Below are positions 44,624 through 58,640 of a stretch of DNA of 64,000 nucleotides, one piece after another (within the stretch, counting starts at the first letter, position 1; each line of letters opens with the position of its first letter). Source of the DNA: the human T2T-CHM13v2.0 reference genome, Homo sapiens; the NCBI GenBank assembly GCA_009914755.4, contig CP086569.2, forward strand, positions 21,632,001 through 21,696,000, written 5' to 3'. Under the pieces are notes generated by a model. That model was not told where the DNA came from, searched no databases, and saw only the letters and a program-made list of their open reading frames with translations. Position numbers and translations under genes: made by a program.

Positions 44624-45122
44624 TGTAGGAGCTCGGTCAGGGTGGTGGGAGAAATTACAAGATAAAATTATAGGAAAAATACAAACCTTCTTAGAAGGCC
44701 AGAAGGTTTTGCAAAAGCGTTAGGAAAGAGATATGGCTGAAAGCAGCCTGATCCTCTTACCTTGAGCTAATAGTAAAAGGCAAATAACAAGGGAATGTAG
44801 AGGAGTTCATCTAAATAGCTTGTTTAGTCATGTTGTCCTAACACCAACCTTTGATCATTTGTGCACAAGACTGCTTTCTCTGGGAGGGTGACCATGTTAA
44901 TTATCTACAAGTGTGTTGACTCAAAGCCTCTGTCATTAAATCAGTGCTAAATAAATGCCTGTGGCACCAGCTTGTCAGGGCTGTGGCTGCTGACTCTTTA
45001 TAGCACTTTTCTCAACATCTGTAGGTGGCTTAGTCCTCTAGCCTGCTCTTTCACTGGATACCTGTGTCTGAGTGCATTTGTTCATCCATCGTTTGGCCAG
45101 GGTCTGTGGGTCAGACCTGGCA
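44624..45122 (+). repeat. HML-like 5' LTR
   Basis: Starts tgtaggagctcggtcagggtggtgggag, ends ggtcagacctggca; roughly 85-90% identical by eye to 49140-49885 (excluding the Alu). Confidence 0.8.
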
Positions 45123-45249
45123 GATGGTACCCCATGAGAGGAATGCTGCAACCATCATGACAGAACCCTCAAAAACGAAGGTGAAGAAGAATGCACAGTC
45201 AGTAAGTCAGTAAGTCATTGGTGCCCACTCAGGATTTCCAAGTTTGAAG

Positions 45250-47270
45250 GAATTGTTCAGGCTAGGGTTTCATCCTGGGACAACAGTTATCAGTTCAACA
45301 GAAACAATACATAAAACTATTGAAACAGCTGCTTAAAGCTAGTGGAGACTTGGTTTCACAGGCTAAATTAAGAGACCTAATGCCAACTGTTATAGCCTAT
45401 AACCAGTTTCTCCTGAGAAATATCTTGGGTGCATACTAACTTCTTCGTCAGTAAGACCTCAAGAGTTTAAATTAAATACTAGCAACTTACCTACCTTAAA
45501 TGATTATCAGAAATTGCTAAGTGATATTAATGGTCTTCGCCCCATCTTGGGCATAACAGGTGATAAATTACAGACGTTGTTTTCTATCTTAAAAGGCAGT
45601 GCTGCCCTAGACTCTTCCAGTTATTTAACTCCTGCAGCACAATGGGAAATTGAAGAAGCAGAGCTAGCTATTTCTCAAAGACAGCTAGCTCATATTGACC
45701 CATGGTATTCAATGCAATTATTTATTTTTCCCATGAAACACTCCCCTATAGGGTTAATAGGACAGGTGGCCCCGGGGCTATGCTTTCTAGAGTGGGTTTT
45801 TTTGCTCACATTACTGGGACTAAAACACTTTCTCCCTATATCCAATTAATCAGTAAAGTCATCTATTCAGGCCATAGATGATGCAATCAGTTTCTAGGTT
45901 ATGACTTTTAATATCAACAGGATTCCTTTAAGTAAATAGCAATTTGAAGAAATATTGCCGTTATCTATAGACCTGAAAATAGCTCTCTCATTACTCAGGC
46001 CATATAGAACATGCACTTCCTTCTGACAAGCTTCTTCAGTTCTTATCTCATACTTCTGTGGTTTTGCCTACAAAAATATTTCAATCCCCCATACTTAACA
46101 CTTTAACAGTCTTTACTGATGGCTCTGGTAACCACAGAAAAGAGGCTGTCTAGTGGAGACCACATAATTCCCTCACTCATTCTGGATTTACTAGCACTTA
46201 GAGAGCTGAGATTGGAGCCTTAATATTGGCTCTCGAGCCTTTTTCCACTCAGCCCATCAATATTATTAGTGACTCTTCTTACTCTGTTTATTTATTGCAG
46301 AACCTTGAGACAGCCCTCATTAAGTCCACTCTGGAGCCCACCCTGTGTGCACATTTTTTTCTGACTTCAACAATTACTAGATCAACGTACACATCCTATT
46401 TTTGTTACACACATTCGGGCCCACAACTCACTGCCTGGCTCATTGGCTTATGGCAATGATCAAGCACACCTACGGGTTCATCTAAGCAATTTTAACTTAC
46501 CCAGAGACTAGCTAAATAAATTATCCTGCAATGCCCAGATTGCCAGCTCACAGGCACATCCCCTCCTTCAACAGGTGTTAACCCTAGTGGACTAGAACCT
46601 AATCAGTTATGGCAAACAGTTGTTACACATGTCCCTGAATTTGGAAAACTTTTATATGTACATGTATCTGTTGATACCAACTCTCATTTAATTAGCACTC
46701 ATGCTCTTCCTGGAAAGTCCACCCATTATTTCATTAAACATCTTTTAACTTTTGCATTTAGGGGGCAACCCACAAAAATTAAAACTGATAATAGTCTGGC
46801 TTATGCCAGCTCACAATTTCAACAATTTTGTCACACATGAAACATCCAACATTCCACAGGCATCCTGTATAACTCCCAAGGACAGGCCATAGTAGAACGT
46901 GCCCACTTCACCCTTAAAAATATGCTCAAAAAACAAAAAAGGGGGAATACGAGTAAGGACCCTGCAACACTACTGGCACAAGCCTTACTCTTAATTTTTT
47001 TAAATTTAGATGATAAATTTCAATCAGCTGTAGAAAAGCACTTTCCTAAACCCTCTCAACACATAAAACCTGCAGTTTTATGGAAAGATGTAAACAGTAA
47101 TGTATGGTGTTGTCTAAATGAATTGTTAATGTGGAGGAAAGGATATGCTTGTGTTCACACCCTCACAGGTCCTTCTTTGGATTCCAGCATGATGCATCAA
47201 ACCATGGGGTTACTAGGACCCAACCCAGAAATAAAGAAAATGACCCTACAGGACCCACAGCTGCGGTGAT
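45250..47270 (+). pseudogene. HML pol remnant (RT C-terminus, RNase H, integrase), frameshifted
   Basis: ORFs 45514-45849, 46226-46459, 46922-47269 and intervening frames with HERV-K pol similarity. Confidence 0.8.
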
Positions 47271-47299
47271 GCAGCTTCTGTGGATGACACAAGCCCTGG

Positions 47300-48620
47300 A
47301 GGATGCTGAAGAGGATCACTCAGGAGGCTGAGCGAATCTTGCTCTGGACACAGACACCATTTACTCCATGTAATTTGTTCCTTGCTATGCTCTGTGTTGT
47401 ACATTGCAGCTTGTGTAGGGTATTGATCCTTTGTATGCTCTCGCTTTGTCTGCAGCCTGTACCTGCTACACCTCTATTGGGCTCATCTCTTACACCCATC
47501 TTTCTTTCGCCTTGTCACCTGGGCAGACACCCCCTTCCCAGCCTCTAATAATGTAACTGCTTGGCTAGGAGGGATAGATTTACTCCCACTGGGGTTCCTC
47601 ATTAATGGCACACATTGGACTAAGGTGCGGGGTAACACTACATATCATCCCACTATCCTCCCACTGTATGTAAATTGTAAAAGTTCTACCCCTTACTGTG
47701 TACCCGCCCAAACACAAGTATGGCTACATCATGGCAAAGGAAATGTCTTAACAGGCTTACTTGCATATAGCCTTAAACTAGGCAATGCAATCAATGCCAC
47801 TTTCTCAAACATTCCTCACTGTGCTAAAGAACAAAAGCAAGAAAGTAATGGATTCCACTTTAGCTGAGAGGTCTGTCATGGGGAATAAGCTCGTAGCCTC
47901 CAGTTAGGCAATTGTAACATCTTAAACTGGAGCCCCCATAGCTGTTTGTAGGGTAATCATACTGATGTCCTTGTCTGTCGTGATATCAATGACAGTTTTG
48001 TAGCCACGTCCCATTCCCCTATAATTTGGTTCAAAATGGGGATGGCATGTCTCCATCCTCAAGTAAAGTCCATGCCACCCCAAGACACTTTACGGTGCCT
48101 GGGGCATCTTAGCACCCCTTTTAACACCTGGGATGGGACATATCATAATTCCAGTCACAATTATACTGTGACCTTTTTTCATAATCACCCTGATCAGTGC
48201 CTGATTTGCACACTACCCATTCATATGTTTTTCTTATGGGAGCCAATATTTCTATTATACCCCAAAACTCCACGTTTGTGACCCTCATGCAGGGACAGGC
48301 TTGGTTTGCCTCTTGTATCTCTAATTATAATGTATCTAATTTAAATATTACTAGGGTCATGGTATTGAGGAGACCATCTGACACCATCCTACCAGTCAAT
48401 TTAACCTGTGATTGGCAAGGGCAGGGAAGCTCAGAACATGCCCTGTCCCAGATCAGACACAAAAGATTCATAGTTACACTTATAGCCTTTATAGTCTCAA
48501 CCATAATCATCCTAGCAACTGCTAGTGTTGCTGTAGCATCTGTTACTGAATCAGTACAAACGGCTACTTTTCTAGATAATTTGGCCAGAAAGTTGTCTAA
48601 GAATCTTCTCTTATAGCAAG
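47300..48620 (+). pseudogene. HML env remnant (SU C-part, furin site RHKR, TM fusion peptide), truncated
   Basis: ORFs 47625-47867 and 48197-48616. Confidence 0.75.
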
Positions 48621-49139
48621 GTATAGATCTAAAGATTCCTGCATGTCTGCAAGCCCTTGAGGCTGCCTTGGAATATGTGGGGGAGTGACAGGACGCACTG
48701 GCATTCTGACAGCAATTAAAATGCAACTGGGAGCATAAACATGTCTCTGTTATTTCTCAACCATGGAATCAATTAATACATAGCTAGGATAAGGTGAAAC
48801 AGCACCTCTGGGGAGTCTTTCATGACAATTTAACAGTAGCCATAAAACAACATAAAACTAAAATTCCAGAACCCCTAAACGCCGTAGATCTACACGCACA
48901 ACAAACAGCCATATGGGAGGTTGTGTGAGATCATCTCTCCTGGATAGACCCCCCCAACTGCCGTGGGTCACTGCTTGATTGTAAAAGAATTTTGCTAATT
49001 ATATTCATGTTTGTCTTATTTACTAATTCTAGGATGCAAAGCCGGAATATGAGCAGTGACTGCCACCCCTGACAGACCTGTTGCATCTGTACTCTTCACT
49101 CAACAAAATCTGATGCAAAAAAAACAGAAACGGGGGAGA

Positions 49140-49885
49140 TGTAGCAATTTGTTCAGGGTGGTGGGAGAAATTATAAGAGGAAATTATATGAAAAACACAA
49201 ACTTTCTTGGAAGGACAGGTTTTGAAAAAGCTTTAGGAAAGGTTTATGGCTGAAGGCAGCCTGATCCTCTTACCTTGAGCTAATAGTAAAAAGCAAATAA
49301 CATCAGGAGGCCAAGGCAGGCGGATCACGAGTTCAAGAGTTTGAGACTATTTTGGCCAACATGGTGAAACCCCATGTCTACTACAAATGCAAAAATTACC
49401 TGGGTGTGGTGATGCGCACCTGTAATCCCAGCTACTCAGGAAGCTGAGGCAGGAGAATCACTGGAACTCAGGAAGAGGACGTTGCAGTGAGCTGAGATCA
49501 TGCAACTGCTCTCCAGCCTGGCAATAGAGCAAGACTGTCAAAAAAACAAAAAAGCAAATAACAAGGGAATGTAGAGGAGTTATAGCTTGTTTACTTATGT
49601 TGTCCTAAAACTGACTCTGATCATTTGCATGCAAGACTGCTTTCTTTGTGGAGGGCGACGAAGTTAATTACCCACAAGTGTGTTGACTCAAAGCCTTTGT
49701 TATTAAATCTGTGCTGAATAAATGACTGTAGCACCAGCATGTCAGGGCTGTGGCTGCTGACTATGGCACCCTCCTTAGTGTCTGTAGACAGCCCAGTCCC
49801 CTAGCCCACTCTTTCACTGGGTACCTGTGTCTGAGTGCATTTGTTCATCTATTGTTTGGCCAGGGTCTGTGGGTCAGACCCAGCA
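49140..49885 (+). repeat. HML-like 3' LTR (contains Alu 49302-49547), preceded by PPT aaaaaaaacagaaacgggggaga
   Basis: Starts tgtagcaatttgttcagggtggtgggag, ends ggtcagacccagca. Confidence 0.8.
49302..49547 (+). mobile_element. 5'-truncated Alu (sense) inside HML 3' LTR with 14-bp TSD aaaaagcaaataac
   Basis: TSD copies at 49288-49301 and 49548-49561; the corresponding LTR position in the 5' LTR (aaaaggcaaataacaagggaatg) is uninterrupted. Confidence 0.9.
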
Positions 49886-50195
49886 TTACTCCAGCAGAGG
49901 ATTGGGATGTTTCATTATTGCCTGGTGCAATGGATATTCACACCTGGACTTTGTTGGCTTGGGTAGGTTTTTTGTTTTGCTTTGTTTTGTGTTGTGTTCT
50001 TTGGCTAAAGTAGTGTGACTATTGCATAAAAGATTTTTGTCTTAGTATGGTGTCCGTTTCCTGTCCCTGTGGCTAGAGAAGGTGGGCTTTGGGGAGACAT
50101 TTTTGTTTGGGCCTATTTACAGTTTTTAGTACTGACTCCTTCAGGACTAAGACATGTGAAATGTGAAAACCAACATGTGAAAATGTGCATTAGAG

Positions 50196-50496
50196 ACAGG
50201 GTGCTGTGGCTCACTGCTGTAATCCCAGCACTTTGGGAGGCTAAGGCGGGTGAATCACCTGCGGCTAGGAGTTCCAGACCAGCCTGTCAATATGGTAACA
50301 TGGTGAAACCCCATCTCCACAAAAGTTTACCGGGTGTGGTAATACACATCTGTAATCCCACCTACTTGAGATGCTGAGATATGAGAATTGCTTGAACCCA
50401 GAGGTGGAGGTTATAGTGAGCCAAAATTGTGCCACTGTACTTGGGCCTGGGCAATAGAGTGAGACTATCTCAAAAAAATAAGTCAGAGAAAAGAAT
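50196..50496 (+). mobile_element. Alu (sense) with 15-bp TSD aaaatgtgcattaga
   Basis: TSD at 50176-50190 and 50497-50511. Confidence 0.85.
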
Positions 50497-50841
50497 AAAA
50501 ATGTGCATTAGAAGACATGAAAGGTGCACTCTTGCAGGAGGCAATTAAAGGCACAAACTTGCTGGACTGCTTTGTTAGATCAAAAATAGCCCTTGCTGAT
50601 GCCAGCTGTAAAATTCCACCATGTGCTGACAGTGATGCAGTCCATGAATATAATATCACATGAGCTTTATTACTCAAGATAACACAAATGATGATTATCA
50701 TGGTTACTGAGATGGCCTAGTAGATTTAAATTGTAATGAAGAGTTTTGCCAACTAAAATCCAAATTTAAAATAACTGGGGAAATGTAACTGAGAAAATAC
50801 TGAAATATGTAGTGTGTGTTAACCTTTCTCTAGATTTTCTA

Positions 50842-50884
50842 TGTGTGTATGTGTGCGTGTGTGTGAGTTTGTGTGTGCATGTGT
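50842..50884. repeat. imperfect (TG)n microsatellite
   Basis: gtgtgtgtatgtgtgcgtgtgtgtgagtttgtgtgtgcatgtg. Confidence 0.85.
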
Positions 50885-51338
50885 TCCCTCCTTTATGCCA
50901 TCCTAATTTGGGCCCTACTAGATTTATGCTAGACTATTTGAGAAGTTGCTTATTACCATTTCCTAACTCCAGTTCCTTTATTTTCTTTTGCCTGCTGTCA
51001 TGGTTTTGAATGTCCCCTCCAAATTTCACATTGAAATTCTCTGGCCATTGTGATAGTGTTGGGAAGTAGGACCTTTAAGAGGTGATTAGCCATGAGGGTG
51101 CACCCTCATGACTGGATTGAAGGTATTATCTGGAAAACAGGTTAATTATTGTCCAAGTGAGCTTTGGATCAAAGGATGACTTTGGCCCCAATTTTCTGTT
51201 CCTCATGTGACCTTCACCATATGATAGCCTCCTGCCATGTTGTAACATAGAAAGAAGGTCTCACCACATGCAGCCCCATGGACTTCCCAGCCTCTAGAAA
51301 CATCAGCAAAATAAGTCTCTTTACAAATTACCCAGTCA

Positions 51339-51643
51339 GGGCCAGGCGCGGTGGCTCACGCCTGTAATCCCAGCACTTTGGGAGGCCGGGGCGGGCAGAT
51401 CACGAGGTCAAGAGATTGAGACCATCCTGGCTAACACAGTGAAACCCTGTCTCTACTAAAAATACAAAAAATTGGCCGGGCGAGGTGGCGGGCGCCTGTA
51501 GTCCCAGCTACTCGGGAGGCGGAGGCAGGAGAATGGCGTGAACCCCAGGGGGCGGAGCCTGCAGTGAGCCGAGATCCTGCCACTGCACTCCAGCCTGGGA
51601 GACAGCGGGACTCCGTCTCAAAAAAAAAAAAAAAAAAAAAAAA
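51339..51643 (+). mobile_element. young-looking AluY (sense), 27-nt pure poly-A, 14-bp TSD aaattacccagtca
   Basis: ggccaggcgcggtggctcacgcctgtaatcccagcactttgggaggccggggcgggcagatcacgaggtcaag... ; TSD 51325-51338 and 51644-51657. Confidence 0.9.
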
Positions 51644-52760
51644 AAATTACCCAGTCAATGGTATTTTGTTCTTGGAGCAGCAAGTAGACTAAAACCGTCT
51701 ATTATTTATTCCTTTTTAGGTAACTAAATAAACTAACTTACAAAGGAGCATGTCAAATTTCCTGTCAAATTGTCAAAAAGCCCATAAATGTTTTTAAAAC
51801 GTAGTACAATAGCCTGCCATTGAAATAAAACTCCATTTTACTCTTAGCCACATTTTTAGAAATAAGTAAAAAACAACCATAAAGGTGAACATGTAATTTT
51901 ATTGTTCAGTAAAAGAAATACAGGAATTTTTAATTTTTTGTCAATATAAATTTCAATCACTGTTGTGCTGCGTAAGTTGGCCCTCCTCTGATGGAAGTTC
52001 AGTTGTAATTAGGGTGATATTTGTCAAGTGAAGATAGTTATGAGCTGGCCTGGAATTAGAGGCAGCTGATGAATCAGCTATCACAGGCATTTGGAACCAC
52101 TGGTTGCCTGCTGGTAGCCAGTTAGGATAAGAAGCCTTATTGACTAATACCTCAAAATGTCTGGTTGGAAAAGCAGATGGTTCCACCATTAGCCCCGAAG
52201 AACTGTTCTGTATCGAAGTTACGATGTGGTATTGGGAAGTTGTGGTTGTAACAAAATTCATAATGTGGCCATTTGCTTGCGTTGCAGGTGCTATGAGAGT
52301 GCATATGAATAGTGGCCAACTGATTTAAAATAGCATGCTGATCTGTTGCAATTTTGTCTGATGGTCCAACTGAGGCTGAAATGGAGGAGAAAGAAAAAAC
52401 ACTTTGGATTGTTTCAGGTGAATTAGCAATTCTCTGGCTGACAATAGACTTCCTTGTTAGAGGCATATTTAAATTTGTAGAGTTAGAAAATGAACTTTCT
52501 CCACTAGTTTCAGCCACTGAGCTGGAATTATGATTATCCATGTTACCCCCTGCTCTAAAGTGCTTCTTGTTGGCATTTTCAGCAACTAAAGTAGATACAT
52601 AAGGGTTTTTAATCCCAGCTCTTCTTTTCATTCTTATTAAAAGTTGAGGACAGCCATGTTTAAAATTTGGAATATGATAGAACTGTAACTAAAACCAAAA
52701 GAAAAAGTAATTTAGTGCCATTTTAAACCAAAAGACAAGCAACAATAACAAAATGCATAA

Positions 52761-54181
<1,421 letters not shown>

Positions 54182-57100
54182 GAGCATGTTTGTTGGGAAA
54201 AAAAGCATTCAAATAGTAAAGCCCTCAAGTGTAAACATGTTGAATATTGATAGTAATGTTTCATTAAATGCCTTTCGTACCTTTATTTGGAGGTCACTTC
54301 ATTCAAAGTTGCTAGCAAAATTTCTTAAAACCCTGAAAGTTTAATACTTAAGCTGCCCTCAATGATTTTAAGAAATTAAAAACTTAAATAATTACCTTAA
54401 ATATTAAAAAATTAAATAATTTTAACCTTAATATTTTATATAATTTTCAAAATCTGACCTTACTTCATGTATTAACATGTTTACTTATGTACAAAATAAA
54501 ATACACTCTACATAAAGTGGCAACTGAAATATTTTGAATACCTTGCTTCAAACAGAGATTTTTGTTTTTCTTCTGCCAGAAGGTCAGCTAGAATATCAGA
54601 TCTTTGAAAATTCTGTGAAATTTTACTATATCCATGAAGGTTGAGCTGTTGAGCTAAGCTTTTCATACTGTCAGTTTCAAATATTCTGTAAAAGAGTCTT
54701 TCTTTCCAAAACTTCTCATTTATCACTATGCAAGTTCCATTCTTATTCCACCAAATAGAGTTGAATTGGTCACTTTGCCAAAGTTTTCTGGGTAAGATCA
54801 GAGAAAGAAAATCATTATCTTTATCTGGCTCAGAGACACAAACTATGTAACATTGCCTTTATATCAAGGATTCTTGCGACAAAACTTGAAAAGCATTTTC
54901 TTCAATTATTGGCCTTAAGTTTGCATCCCCAAGAAATGTGTGTTCATATAATGGAGACCTTAAGGCAGGCTTCTGAACCAGTTGATTCATCTTTAGGAGA
55001 AATATCTCAAGTTCCTGAAAAATATGTGCCATCTCAAACAAATTTTTCTTCAGCTACTCTTCCAGCCTGCATGGTTTTTAACACTGCACTTCAAATGCTG
55101 CCTCAGTAAGTCTATGCAGGTAAAGTAATCTAGGCCATTACAGTGGTTCTCAACTTTAGTACCAATGATATCACAAGAGGACTTTTGTCTTCTAGCAACA
55201 AATGTTAAAAAAAAAAAAAAAAATAGCCAAAAGTGTTTCCTTCCGAGTCTGAGAAATGTATCCAGTAAAAATAAAATGTAGCCTGAGTACTTACACTGTG
55301 CAATCTGCACAATCTCACTCCTGCAGAATCTTTTAAGTAAATAAGGAAATAAATAATGTCCTAAATCCCTGAAATAAATATGCTTTTCTCCCTTACACAT
55401 ATGCTCTTAATAAATTGGTGCCAGAACTATACGGCCTGGTAATTGGGCAATGCAAAAAAAAAAAAAAAAAAAAAAAATTTAAAAAGTTATGTTTATTTAA
55501 AACTAGAATGTGTATATAACATATATATTGTAAGGCATAAATTTGTTATACTCATGTGATTTAAACTATAATTATATTTAATAAAATGGTTATTTATATA
55601 TTTTACATAGTACTCTTTTAAATATATAAAAAGCTTTCCATAGTCATGTGAATGGGATATTTTAGTTAATGTTTATAAATATTTCACAAATATTTATAAA
55701 GTAAAACGAGTTTAAACAATCATATATTTTATTAAAAAGGTACCAAAAATTAAATAAAAAATAACCACAGTTTTATAAGTAAAGTAATGTTACTATTAAA
55801 ACAGTAGTAAATGTATGTTAATATTCTACCCTGAACTTCACACACAAAAAAAAACTACAAAATCTTATGTTCATTACTTAAGTTCTGTATACTTAGTTTT
55901 TTTCTTCCCCTGCCTTAAGTCTTTCCAGTCCTAACAAGGAAGAGATCTACTAATTTTGTTTATAATTCACACTTCTGTAGGTTTTGTTAAATGTTCAATA
56001 AATGTTTTAATATTTATCATATTTTTAGGAGGCGGTTCTCTCATACCTAGAAAGAAGCATCATTATAAGGACATTTTATTAGTTTCACATTTTTAAAATG
56101 TAATATTTTATAAATTATCAGTATGTAATAGAAGTATTTTTCATTAACAATCTTTAGTATATACAATCATATGTAAAGCTATAATATTTAATTAGTGATT
56201 AACTACATGTAACATAATCCATATTGGACAAAAATAAAGGAGTTAAAACAGATCAAACGGGATCGGGCCAAAATGTTGGACTACAAGAGCTCACGTGTGC
56301 TGCTATCCCGGAGAGGAGATAGAAGGGCTAGCGAGCACTGACCCTGAAGGCTGATTATCTGAGAAACCACATTAGGATTCACCAAGGCAGCAGAGGAACA
56401 CAGATAGCAGAGAGAAGTGAAGTTGTTGTACACCAGCCTGTTTGGGTTCAGTGCAGATGGGACTAGGAGAATCTCCCTGACCCTCCTGCAACCCCATCAC
56501 AATTCTAGACTGAAGCAGAGAGCCATCTGGATGTTTTACAGGGCCACTCTACAAGTCTTGGGCCCTGCAACATACCAGCATCAGTGCCACATCCCCAGGA
56601 CAGGCCACAGTTGCAGTGCCTAGGAGAAATAAGATTGTATCACCCTCTGCTTGTTGGTTGAGGCTCGGTGCCTCAGTGCCAGCTTCCAGACCAGTGGTCC
56701 TCTTACAGTGAGTTAGATAGGCAGAAATGAGCATGGCAGGACAGAGTCCCAAAGAATATCAGGTGACTGTCAGGCAATTGTCAGGTGGCTGGAAACAGGA
56801 AGAAGACAATTTTCTAACAAACACAGGATGTCTTTGGCTTGTGGGCAATCACTGCCTGATAAAAACTGAAAATGGCTAAATGTTTGATCTTCCTCTAAGG
56901 GCATGCTCAGTCATCACAGGAAAGGGCAAAATGATGGTATGCAACCCTCATATGACCTTTCTCTGGGAACACTAGACCGGTAAGAGAAAATTACCCTAAG
57001 AGATCATGCACATAACTTTAACCACCAAATGATGCATGCAGTCCCTCCCCAAAATTGGCAATATCCTCCAAAGGCAGCAATTAGCCAACAGCAAATACAT

Positions 57101-57379
57101 AGAGAATAATGAGTAGATGAGACCAGATAAAAAAGATGATAATGTAAATTTATAGGACCCCTAAGCCAAACATTGTGTGGGACACTCAATTTTTTGAATT
57201 GCTCACCAGGTGCCTTCCAATTATACTTTTCTTTTTGCTTCAGTAAACTCTTGTTTCTGCCTTAAATCTACCTGTTCCTTTTGGCCAAATTATTTCTCCC
57301 AAGAAAACAATAATCAAAGGCTGTAGAACTCACTCAGTCTTGCTGCTGATAACAGTCTCTTTGGCCCAAACTGGGCCAT

Positions 57380-58640
57380 CCACTTCACACATCCCCACCA
57401 CTGATAATCAGGCAGGCAGTGTTTGCTAGAGATTTTACCCCAGTGGTCCCCCTTTTGTGTGAACTCAGCAGGAGGGGTAGATTCCTGTTAACTAGGGAAA
57501 CACCTGGAGAGCAGAACACACAACCCTCCACTGATAGCAAGGTGGGCAACTCTTGCAATAACCTCTGGCCCAGCAATCTCACTTCTGTCTAAACTCAGCT
57601 GGAGGACACAGCTTCATCTTGTCCCAGAAAACACTGAGATGGCATAGCATGTGACACCACCTGCCATTGCCACTGGCAATCAGGCAAACAAGGCTTGCTA
57701 CAGCTTTTGGCCCAGGGACTCCATTTCTGAATAAACTTCAGCTAGAGGTTGAAATTTGCTATTAACCTGGAAACACCTGGAAGCACAGTACCACCCTGTA
57801 TGCCACCACCATAGGTAGGCAGGTGGGCAATGCCTGCTAGAGCCTATGGCCCACTCACCCTGCTTCTGTGTGAGCCCAGCCAGTGGGCTCAACCTGTTGT
57901 CCCATGAAACATCTAGATGGCAGACCAGGTGACCGAACCCACCCCTACCAATGATAGCCAGGTGGCCAACATCTGCTAGAGCTTCTAGCCCAGTAGACCT
58001 GCTTCTGTATAGACTTACCTAGAGGGCATGACTTCCTCTTGTCCCAGAAAACACCTGGATAGTACCACCTATTCCTGACACTGGTATCCAGGCAGGCAGG
58101 GAGGCAGGCAATGCTTGCTAGAGATTCAGGCCCAGCAGACACCCCTCTGGGTAAATGCACCTGGAGGGCACAGCTTACTGTTGTCATGGGAGATACCCAA
58201 AACACCCAGAAAATGGAGTGTATGACTATACTCACCACTGCCACTGGCAACCAGCCAGCTTCCCTGCTTGGATATAAATTCAGCTAAAGGATACAGCTTT
58301 CTATTGTGCCAGGAAACACCTGAATGGCAGGGCAGACATTTCTACTCATTGGTCAGGCATTGGTGGTAGCGGGATGAGTCAAACCTGCTACAGCTTCCAG
58401 TCCAACAGTACTACCTCTGCCTGAATTTGCCAAGGGACACAGACTCCTGTTGTCTGTGTTCACTCCTAGATGGCAGGGTGGACAACTCCACCCACTCCCA
58501 CCACTTGTAGCCAGATGGGTCACACCCATTAATCCTTCCAACCAGTGGACTTGCTTCTACCTGATCTTGGAGGGCAGGCACAATTCTATTTCCCAAGGAA
58601 GCTTAGAAACAGTAGAATATAGCCAACTTTGCAAGGATAC
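57380..58640 (+). repeat. tandem array, ~9 units of ~140-150 bp, within old L1 5' UTR
   Basis: Recurring motif ...caggcaggc..tgc.tgctagag...ggcccag....ctg..tct...aa.tcagctggagg.cacagc...ttgtcccagaaaacacctgga... with ~145-bp spacing (e.g. 57480, 57630, 57770, 57910, 58040, 58190, 58310, 58460, 58600). Confidence 0.7.

Larger units (their letters stand above)
44624..49885 (+). mobile_element. HERV-K/HML-like (class II, betaretrovirus-like) provirus, 5'-internally deleted
   Basis: Two ~500-bp LTRs (TG...CA) around pol (RT C-terminus LLSDINGLRPILGI.., RNase H QPINIISDSSYSVYLLQNLETALIK, integrase ..KIKTDNSLAYASSQFQQF...GILYNSQGQAIVERAHFTLK) and env (SQIRHKRFIVTLIAFIVSTIIILATASVAVASV furin site + fusion peptide). 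Flanks ctactc / ttactc give a 5-of-6 6-bp TSD. Confidence 0.85.

Noticed and set aside
57380-58640. Regularly spaced ~145-bp repeats, which could be mistaken for a CRISPR-like array
   Set aside because: Units are long and mutually divergent with no spacer/repeat alternation, embedded in primate L1 5' UTR context in a eukaryotic genome; this is an L1 5' UTR tandem repeat.
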